64,000 nucleotides of DNA from Fibrobacteria bacterium (GTDB lineage: Bacteria > Fibrobacterota > Fibrobacteria > UBA11236). Position numbers and translations under genes: made by a program. Below, in pieces: positions 57,095 through 64,000 of the stretch (within the stretch, counting starts at the first letter, position 1; each line of letters starts with the position of its first letter). The notes under the pieces were generated by a model. The model had not been told where the DNA came from. It made no database searches and was given only the letters and a program-made list of their open reading frames with translations. The DNA is taken from contig JBGTHM010000030.1 in assembly GCA_041746255.1 (NCBI GenBank), forward strand, positions 13,177 through 77,176. Reading direction: 5' to 3'.

Positions 57095-57840
57095 ATTTCC
57101 CCGGCGGGGTGAACAACGCCTTCTACGAGGATTTGGGCCGCCGTTGGTACGAAGCCAAAGACGATCCCGTGGCCCTGTTGCGGGCCGAGGGCCGGCTCAA
57201 GCACGCCTGGGTGAGCCGCGAAGTCGATCGCCTCCTTCCCGGAGGAAACCGGCGGGTCTTGGACATCGGTTGCGGCGCAGGCTTCGCGCTCAAGCATTTG
57301 GCCAAAGAGGGCCATAGTGGCTACGGCGTGGACCGTTCCCCCTCAAGCCTGCGCATGGCGCGCGAGTTCGCCGCTCCCTTGCCATTGCGCTTGCAGGTGG
57401 CCGATGCCTATCAAGTGCCCTATGAAGACGCTTCTTTCGACGTGGTGCTGGCGCTGGATTTTCTAGAGCATGTAGAGCAACCCGAAAAAGTGGTGGCCGA
57501 AGCCGCGCGGCTTTTGCGGCCCGGAGGCTTGTTCTTCTTCCATACCTTCAACCGCAACCCCTTGGCGTGGCTTATCATCATCAAAGGCGTGGAATGGTTC
57601 GTCAAGAATACACCCGCGCATATGCATGTGCTTCCGTTATTCATCAAGCCATCGGAATTGCGCGGTTACTGCGAGCGCGAGGGCATGCGCATCGAAGCCA
57701 TGACGGGGTTACGTCCGGACTTCATGCGCAAGGCTTTTTGGAAAATGTTGGCGACCCGCGAAGTGCCGGACGATTTCGAATTCGTGTTGACGTCCTCGCT
57801 GACGCTCTCCTATCTGGGAGCCGCGAGGCGCGAAGCTTAG
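57016..57840 (+). CDS. UbiG-like class I SAM-dependent O-methyltransferase
   Basis: VLDIGCGAG, FDVV...DFLEHV, LRPGGLFFFHTFNRN and FIKPSEL motifs. Start is uncertain. Confidence 0.88.
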   Translation: MERKTVELTEKAYAVAQPENGSRRAVDFPGGVNNAFYEDLGRRWYEAKDDPVALLRAEGRLKHAWVSREVDRLLPGGNRRVLDIGCGAGFALKHLAKEGHSGYGVDRSPSSLRMAREFAAPLPLRLQVADAYQVPYEDASFDVVLALDFLEHVEQPEKVVAEAARLLRPGGLFFFHTFNRNPLAWLIIIKGVEWFVKNTPAHMHVLPLFIKPSELRGYCEREGMRIEAMTGLRPDFMRKAFWKMLATREVPDDFEFVLTSSLTLSYLGAARREA

Positions 57841-59153
57841 AAGAACATCCGCCACATGAATTCGAGATTGTGGCGAAGGTCGCCTTCGCCTACGACTTCG
57901 GTGATGGGGTGGATGATGGAATATCCCAATTGCACGCCGGTGTGCCGGTTGAAGTCATAATTGGATCCCACATAATAGCGGAGATGGGAGTCGTTGGGCC
58001 TGCCTTCCTCCTCTTGCCATAAAAGCCGCGTATCCGGATCCAATCCCTCTAGTTGAAGCACCAATTCGCTGGCCCGGTTGCGGCTATATTCGGTGCGCCA
58101 CATTCCCGTCACATAAAAGGTGAAAAAGGTGGAGGTGAGCGAGTCGACTCCGATAAAATCGTCGCGGCCTTGGTGATTGTCGCCCCAGGCGGTTTCACCC
58201 AGGACTTTTACCTTGCCGCGATTGAAAGCGAATCCCAACTGGTAGGCGGTGTTCATCCGGAATTTGAAATTCACGGGGTTGCTTCTGTCCTCGGCGCCTT
58301 TGGTTGCAAAGGCACCTTCGACGAATAATTCCGGAAAGGGTTTGGCATGCGCGCGCAGCACTACGTCCTTGGCCAAGAAGCCACGATCGGTGCTTTCCAG
58401 ATGCTGATTGGCGTAATTATCCTCCACATTCGCGGGATTTTTTCCGTTGAATACCCCTAACTGGTATCCTACCGGGATGCCATTGTCTTCGAAACCGCCG
58501 TTCAGGATAAGGCCGATATCCTGCATGATATAACCGGTTTCTTTGGAGAGAAATTCGTGATAGAGTCCGCTACGCTCGATGGTGTTGAGCCGCTTGGAGG
58601 ATTGCAGGGCTTCCTGGGAAATGGGTCGCTTCAATTTACCCGCGCGGATCCCCCAATGTTCATTCCATTCGTGAAACAAATACGCCTGGTTGAGGTTGGC
58701 GCGATGATTGTTCACTTCGAGCAAAGCCTCCATTTTGAATCCAAACTGGTCGGCAAACCGTCCATTCACGTCCAGGCTGAGGCGGCGCAACTGGAAGCTG
58801 AGGCGTTTGTCCGAGTCGGATTCGGAAAAAATATCGTGGTGGAAACCCTTGAACTGAATGCGGCCTCCAATGTCGATTTTTTCCAGGGCGCGATTCAGGG
58901 CGGGTACCGCCTCGCTGGTCGGAGCCGGTAAAAGGCTCTTGGTTTCACCATCGGGAACCGGGTCCACCAAATCGACCATTTCCACCACAATGGTATCCGG
59001 TGGCATGGAAGGGTTTTCCACTGGGTTGGAGGCGGGACTTTCCGTCTCTACCTCTTGGGCGAATGCGAAAACTGCGAAGGACATCAGGAGTAGATATGCG
59101 GTTTTAAACAAGATACGCCCCTTTGAAATGATTCCGAAACAAAAAGGTAACAT
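57837..59153 (-). CDS. Porin (OprO/OprP-like family)
   Basis: GGRIQF, FQLRRLSL, AYL...IRAGKLKRPIS, IERS and GVFNG motifs; C-terminal Phe. Start is uncertain. Confidence 0.8.
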   Translation of the reverse strand: MLPFCFGIISKGRILFKTAYLLLMSFAVFAFAQEVETESPASNPVENPSMPPDTIVVEMVDLVDPVPDGETKSLLPAPTSEAVPALNRALEKIDIGGRIQFKGFHHDIFSESDSDKRLSFQLRRLSLDVNGRFADQFGFKMEALLEVNNHRANLNQAYLFHEWNEHWGIRAGKLKRPISQEALQSSKRLNTIERSGLYHEFLSKETGYIMQDIGLILNGGFEDNGIPVGYQLGVFNGKNPANVEDNYANQHLESTDRGFLAKDVVLRAHAKPFPELFVEGAFATKGAEDRSNPVNFKFRMNTAYQLGFAFNRGKVKVLGETAWGDNHQGRDDFIGVDSLTSTFFTFYVTGMWRTEYSRNRASELVLQLEGLDPDTRLLWQEEEGRPNDSHLRYYVGSNYDFNRHTGVQLGYSIIHPITEVVGEGDLRHNLEFMWRMFF

Positions 59154-59162
59154 GTGGTTTGG

Positions 59163-59741
59163 CTATTCCCAATTGCGGAGCAATCGAACCCCATCCACCG
59201 ATCGCCATTCCCCCGGCTTTAGTCCCTCCAGAGTGACGGGCCCTATGGCCCAACGGATTAGCCGCAAAGTGGGGTATCCCACAGAAGCGGTCATACGCCT
59301 AATCTGCCGGTTACGCCCCTCGGTAAGGGTGATTTCCAGCCAGCTGGCGGGAATCTTGCGCCGCACCCGGATGGGTGGAATTCGTTCGGCAAGTAGATGG
59401 GGAGGAGAGATGGCGCGGGCTTGGGCGGGAAGGGTTTTCCGGCCGTCCAAATCGATTCCGCTCCGCAGGCGTTGCAGCGCCTTTTCATCCGGTATGCCTT
59501 CCACTTGCACCCAATAGACTTTAGCGAGTTTGGTCTGCGGAGCGCTGACGCGATTCTGCATGACTCCGTTATCAGTAAGCAGAAGCAACCCCTCGCTATC
59601 GTAATCCAATCGTCCACAGGGATAAACGCCGGGAATTTCGAGGAAATTTTTCAGGGTTTTCTTTTCGCCCGAAGCCGAAAATTGACTGACGACATGATAG
59701 GGCTTATGAAAGGCGATATAGCGGAATTTCGGGGCCCGCAC
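59163..59741 (-). CDS. rluE: rRNA pseudouridine synthase (RluE-like)
   Basis: FHKPY, GRLDYDSEGLLLLT, PPIRVR, EGRNRQIRRMTA and PTLRLIR motifs. GTG start at 59741; the track start overlaps the upstream gene. Confidence 0.88.
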   Translation of the reverse strand: MRAPKFRYIAFHKPYHVVSQFSASGEKKTLKNFLEIPGVYPCGRLDYDSEGLLLLTDNGVMQNRVSAPQTKLAKVYWVQVEGIPDEKALQRLRSGIDLDGRKTLPAQARAISPPHLLAERIPPIRVRRKIPASWLEITLTEGRNRQIRRMTASVGYPTLRLIRWAIGPVTLEGLKPGEWRSVDGVRLLRNWE

Positions 59742-59743
59742 GG

Positions 59744-60925
59744 TTACAGTCTCTCGGTCAGAATCTCGCGGATTTCGGCCGGGGTCAAATCCACGGGATT
59801 GTTGCGGCATTTGGTTTCCGCTAGGATACCGTCGAGGTCGGATGCCTGGATACCATAAGACCCCAGGCGAGGTAGCTTGAGTGTGGAGGTCCATTCTTCC
59901 AAAGTCGATAGCAACGCCCGGCAGTTGAAGTCACTATCGTCGGAGCCGCTTCCCGAGAGAAGGGCGCCTACGCGCGAAAGTTTTTTTAAGGCCCAGGCAT
60001 GGGATTGGCTACGCTGTATGGCTCGCAGGTTGATTCGGGTGGCGGCAGCCACCAAGGTTCCGCAAACCACGCCATGGGGAATGGGGAATTTCCCCCCGAG
60101 GGGCGAAGCCAAGCCATGGACAATCCCCAGTCCGGCATTGGCCAAAACCACTCCCGACAGCAGTGCGGCATAGGCCATTTCCCCTCGCGTGGCGACGTCT
60201 TGAGCCCGGTCGGTGCAGGCGCCGACAAGATTATCCTTGAGCCGCTCCAATCCGCTCAGGGCCAGGGCGTCGGTAAGGGGCGAGGCTTTGGGCGAAAGGT
60301 AGGCTTCGAAAAGTTGGGTGAAGGCGTCCATGCCGCAAGCGGCGGTGATGTCGGTTGGGCAGGTTACCATCAATTCGGGGTCAAGAATAACGCAATCGGG
60401 CACGAAATGATCGTGGCGCAGCGATTTTTTAAATCCTGCGGGCCCCATATCGGTGATGACGGCGTTCTTGGTCGCTTCGCTGCCCGTACCCGAAGTGGTG
60501 GGTATGGCAATGCAGGGAATTTTCCGTCCGTCATGTTCAAGCCCGCGACCGACATCTTCCAAAAAATCAATGATGGGGGATGGTTGCAATAGCATGGCGG
60601 AGACGGCCTTGGCCGCATCGATGACGCTACCGCCGCCGATACCGATAACCACCTCAATGCGATGGTGGCGCAGGTTTGCACAGGCGCCATCTACAAAGCC
60701 TGTCGACGGCTCCCCCGACACCGTGAGTAAATGGTGCTCGATTCCCTGGGCCTGCAAAGCCGCTTCGATAGCCGCCAACCGGCCGGATTGCCTTAACCAG
60801 GTCCCCCCGGTAACCAGCAGTACGCGGGACCCCAGCGGCAGGATGAGTTTACCCAGCTCCGCAATTTTACCGGGACCAAAATGAATTTGGGGGGTAGGGG
60901 CGAAAGTAAAAGCCGGAAGATTCAT
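59744..60925 (-). CDS. Iron-containing alcohol dehydrogenase
   Basis: GGGSVIDAAK, PTTSGTGSEAT, GMDAFTQ, LGIVHG and PHG motifs. Confidence 0.93.
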   Translation of the reverse strand: MNLPAFTFAPTPQIHFGPGKIAELGKLILPLGSRVLLVTGGTWLRQSGRLAAIEAALQAQGIEHHLLTVSGEPSTGFVDGACANLRHHRIEVVIGIGGGSVIDAAKAVSAMLLQPSPIIDFLEDVGRGLEHDGRKIPCIAIPTTSGTGSEATKNAVITDMGPAGFKKSLRHDHFVPDCVILDPELMVTCPTDITAACGMDAFTQLFEAYLSPKASPLTDALALSGLERLKDNLVGACTDRAQDVATRGEMAYAALLSGVVLANAGLGIVHGLASPLGGKFPIPHGVVCGTLVAAATRINLRAIQRSQSHAWALKKLSRVGALLSGSGSDDSDFNCRALLSTLEEWTSTLKLPRLGSYGIQASDLDGILAETKCRNNPVDLTPAEIREILTERL

Positions 60926-61096
60926 GTTCTAAGAAAAGTAAAAAAGGGTTTGGGGAATTTGAGAGGCACAAAGCCGTTTTTTGGGGTAAAAAAGCCACTC
61001 GCGCAAGAATTCGACAAAGGACCAAGACGATTGGTGTTTCCCGTTGGCAGGTTCTCTCATAATTTAAATAGTCCCCGCGTAATCGGACCCACCCAC

Positions 61097-61125
61097 AGGA
61101 GCCCCTACCCCAAATAGGGGCTCCT
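61097..61125. terminator. 11-bp stem-loop downstream of the response regulator
   Basis: AGGAGCCCCTA-ccccaaa-TAGGGGCTCCT. Confidence 0.5.
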
Positions 61126-61162
61126 CTTCTTTTAGCCCCGTTACTTGAAGTAGTCAACTTCT

Positions 61163-61816
61163 TCAAAGGGCGTCGCCGAACTCCTCCAGTACTTGCCGAA
61201 CCCTGTCCTTGCCGGAGCGGTGCAGCAGATTTTGGACATGTCTGCGCACGGTGAAATAGGATATACCCAGCTTTTCACCAATCATCTCCCGGGACAGACC
61301 CTCTTTGAGACCCCGTAAGATTTCCATTTCCCTATCGGAAAACTTCATCAGGGTCAATTTCTTCTGCCATCGAACCCTGTCCGCACGGGCCAGTTTGACC
61401 AGCACCGCGGCGGTGTCTGTGGGAATAACAATACTTCCACTCGCTACTTCGCGGATCACTTTTTCCAGATCATCCAATTTGCTCTTAAAGAGGTATCCGC
61501 GCGCACCCAGGTCATAGCATTCCAAGACATCGTCTTCGTTCACCGTCATCATAATTGCTTTGATATCGGGATGGTTTTCGCGCAGCCAGTGCAGCAACAG
61601 AATACCGCCCTTTTCCTGAGACAAATTGATGTCCACTAAAACAATCTCGGGATTTTCCTTGTCCACCAAGGTCTGAAAAGAGGATTCGTCATGGGCGTAA
61701 CCCTTGCACTCCACCCCGGGAAACTCACTGAGGTAATCCAGGACGGTCATGCAATAGTCAACGTTGTCTTCGACCAGGGCCAGGGAGATTTTGCCGGTAA
61801 CTATCTGGTTTTCCAT
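61163..61816 (-). CDS. NarL/LuxR-family response regulator
   Basis: LVEDN, LVDINL, MMT and GARGYLFK receiver motifs; SDREMEIL...LGISYFTVRRHVQNL HTH. Confidence 0.92.
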   Translation of the reverse strand: MENQIVTGKISLALVEDNVDYCMTVLDYLSEFPGVECKGYAHDESSFQTLVDKENPEIVLVDINLSQEKGGILLLHWLRENHPDIKAIMMTVNEDDVLECYDLGARGYLFKSKLDDLEKVIREVASGSIVIPTDTAAVLVKLARADRVRWQKKLTLMKFSDREMEILRGLKEGLSREMIGEKLGISYFTVRRHVQNLLHRSGKDRVRQVLEEFGDAL

Positions 61817-62151
61817 TTTCGTCTAACCCTTATCTATGGGGTGAAATGCACATTTAATAAAATGCCGGAATAGCCTGACAGGTTGTGGAAAATTACGAAA
61901 AATCGGGGATTTGTGGGGCACCACCTTCCATAAAGGCAGGGTTTTTCTCACTTCCTCCCGAAGACTTCAGGAATTATATATAGCGTAATCTCCGGAAGGG
62001 CAGGAGCCCATTATATTAAGAGCGAATCCAATTTAGAGAACTTCTAACCTTCAAGGTGAAATATGCTCAGTCCTGCTTATCATCCCGATTCCTCCGCCTA
62101 TAGACTTCCATCACTCAGCATGAGGTTCCCATGCCTTCAAGAGGGTAAAGT

Positions 62152-63567
62152 ATGATACCTCTCTTATTAAAGGGAATCTGGGCCGCGGTTTTTTCATTCG
62201 CACTCCTATTCATGTTCCTTGGTGTTCAAATAAAAAATGAGCGCCGGTTCGGGTGGCAAGGACTTTGCCTACTAATGGTATCGATATTGTTTTTCGGTGA
62301 TAATTGGCTTCACCTTGATGCCATGGTCACGGCAAGCTACATCGAAATCCAGTACACTTCCCACCTTGTCTTCGCCATTTTCGCTCCGATATTATTGATT
62401 GCAGTGGGAAAAATTTCCGGATATTCCACTTCCCGCATCAATCTATTGGTACTGATTCTATCTGCCCTAACTTTCGTAGTATTTCTTATCGATTACTTAC
62501 TGAACACTCAGCATATCTTTTCTGCCGATTCGCCGGGGCATACGGTTGGAAACCTGTATTTTTATCTGATTGTTCCTCTGATGATCGGATTATTCGCAGG
62601 GACCCTAACATCTCTGATTCAAGGGCGAAAATTGAGTGCAAAAAACGAAAAATGGTTCCACGATTTATTCATTCTGGGATGGGGCGCATTGATACTAGGC
62701 GGTTGTTTCGATGCATTTACTCAATCCTACATCCACCTTGGGGGGATTTGGCTATATCCGGTTGCCAGCATGACTGGAGCGCTTATAATGACGGTTTTAA
62801 CCTCTTATGCCTTAGTTCGGAAATATTTAGAGGCAATGGCTGAAAAATCAGGGGATATCCAGCGAAGGGATGCCCATCAGATAGGATCAGGTGAAGAGAG
62901 CATAAGATTCGTTTTGCATGAAATAAAAAATTATGCCGCGACAGCAAGGGCAAACTTATCCGTATTGCAACGGAAATCCCCTTTGGATCCGGAAAATGAA
63001 AGGATGAGGAGAGTCGATAGGGCCTTTGAAAATATCGATAACCTGACACGAAAATACCTTACTGGATGCTCGATTCAGGAAAACCCCAGGAAAGAAAGAA
63101 TTGACTTGAGAAGGTTGGCCGGCCACTGTATCGAGAATAATTTTTATGACAGCAGAGCAGCATTCGAATTTTCACCCAATAACAAACCCGTGAAAATTTT
63201 AGGGGAAACCAATCTGCTTGAGCACTTACTCATCAACCTTTTCAAGAATTCCCTAGAAGCAGATTCCAATAAAATTTGGGTAACCTTTCGCGAATCCGAT
63301 TCCTCCATTATCTTAGGGATCCGTGACAATGGAACCGGTTTCGATTGTGATTTTTCGGAAAAATATTGGAAACAGCCATTCAGCACGAAAACGGCTACCG
63401 GAGGAACAGGCGTTGGGATGACCCTTGTGAAAAGGATTGTGGAGTACCATGGAGGGAAATTGATTATTGAAGAGAATAAAATCAATGAAGCGCCTGAACC
63501 AGGGGCGTCAATAAAGGTGATTTTTCCGGGTTTGCACCATGTCAAGTCCGACAGGAAATCCGTTTAA
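62152..63567 (+). CDS. Membrane sensor histidine kinase with about 7 N-terminal TMs
   Basis: HEIKN (H-box), NLFKNSLEA, DNGTG, PFSTK and GTGVGM motifs. Confidence 0.92.
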   Translation: MIPLLLKGIWAAVFSFALLFMFLGVQIKNERRFGWQGLCLLMVSILFFGDNWLHLDAMVTASYIEIQYTSHLVFAIFAPILLIAVGKISGYSTSRINLLVLILSALTFVVFLIDYLLNTQHIFSADSPGHTVGNLYFYLIVPLMIGLFAGTLTSLIQGRKLSAKNEKWFHDLFILGWGALILGGCFDAFTQSYIHLGGIWLYPVASMTGALIMTVLTSYALVRKYLEAMAEKSGDIQRRDAHQIGSGEESIRFVLHEIKNYAATARANLSVLQRKSPLDPENERMRRVDRAFENIDNLTRKYLTGCSIQENPRKERIDLRRLAGHCIENNFYDSRAAFEFSPNNKPVKILGETNLLEHLLINLFKNSLEADSNKIWVTFRESDSSIILGIRDNGTGFDCDFSEKYWKQPFSTKTATGGTGVGMTLVKRIVEYHGGKLIIEENKINEAPEPGASIKVIFPGLHHVKSDRKSV

Positions 63568-63808
63568 ACGGTTAATGGTGAACTGTTCCCTTTCCATCAT
63601 TTAGAAGTCATGACAATAATCAAAACCTTGGCATACCCTAATGAACGATGCGTTCATATCGCTTCCAAATCAAACCTTGTGGGGTGGGATGCTTGCAACC
63701 GGCATGCGGGTCGAAGTTGTTCTTCCGGTAAACAGCGCAGAAATTTAGCGGCGTAATTGCTTGCTGGTTATAGTCGCACCCTTTTTCGGTTACCGAAGGC
63801 AAAGAGTT

Positions 63809-64000
63809 TCATTTCAGAGTATTTTGAGGATGGGGCGCTTGGCTCTCATTCCCCGATGAAAATAGGATGCTCAAGACATTTGACAAGAAATGCACGGCAA
63901 TGAGCAATGTTAAGGAATTGCTTAGTACATAGAGGGTTGAATTAAGCATTGCTACCGTAAAAATAAAGAATACGGTGAAGGCTGCTGCGGGTGCTGGAAA
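63809..64000 (-). CDS. CPBP (CAAX/Abi) intramembrane glutamic protease, C-terminal part; runs off the right edge
   Basis: Manual translation: FPAPAAAFTVFFIFTVAMLNSTLYVLSNSLTLLIAVHFLSNVLSILF...LK*. It contains the LY..s.SL...I..HxxxN motif 4. TGA at 63811-63809. Confidence 0.65.
   Translation of the reverse strand, partial: FPAPAAAFTVFFIFTVAMLNSTLYVLSNSLTLLIAVHFLSNVLSILFSSGNESQAPHPQNTLK

Noticed and set aside
61085..61125. GTAG-type REP element
   Set aside because: Single degenerate copy with no RAYT/TnpA gene nearby; treated as a simple hairpin.
63568..63812. Short ORFs (48 aa plus, 22 aa minus) as bacteriocin or peptide precursors
   Set aside because: No double-glycine leader, clear SD or diagnostic composition.
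1..64000. CRISPR arrays, rRNA, tRNA and IS elements
   Set aside because: On reading, I found no regularly spaced repeats, RNA gene signatures or transposase ORFs; a covariance-model scan would be needed to exclude small RNAs.

Overview
A 64 kb, moderately GC-rich bacterial chromosome segment. It is probably Fibrobacterota/FCB group, inferred from an OmpA with Cys-rich 'CDPWV...ICxGxDxCP' repeats, several proteins with T9SS/FlgD-like C-terminal domains and a Bacteroidota-type PurM. The housekeeping core is the minus-strand rimP-nusA-infB-rbfA-truB-ribF-rpsO-pnp-M16 peptidase operon, plus mazG, dprA, ftsB, murG, dedA, purM and envelope glycosylation genes. I found no tRNA, rRNA, CRISPR array, transposase or integrase. 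Two genes truncated by the window edges are missing from the ORF track: a PAS/GAF sensor N-terminus at 1-1003 and a CPBP protease C-terminus at 63809-64000. The most interesting accessory modules are: (1) a tightly coupled DUF4412 / C39-like peptidase / RLAN-RimK ATP-grasp ligase / glutamate-cysteine-ligase-like operon flanked by EamA and MMPL transporters; (2) a type III PKS / His-rich membrane protein / UbiG-like methyltransferase operon; (3) a divergent HTH-PAS regulator and receiver-like/anti-sigma-kinase-like pair, with a palindrome, an extended -10 and a possible ATC start; (4) a GT4 glycosyltransferase coupled to an alkaline-phosphatase-superfamily/EEP fusion; (5) a GGQ release-factor homologue with an HTH-like tail; (6) an AT-rich two-component/CPBP block with a candidate 30-aa peptide ORF. 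All family calls come from reading motifs by eye, not from database searches.
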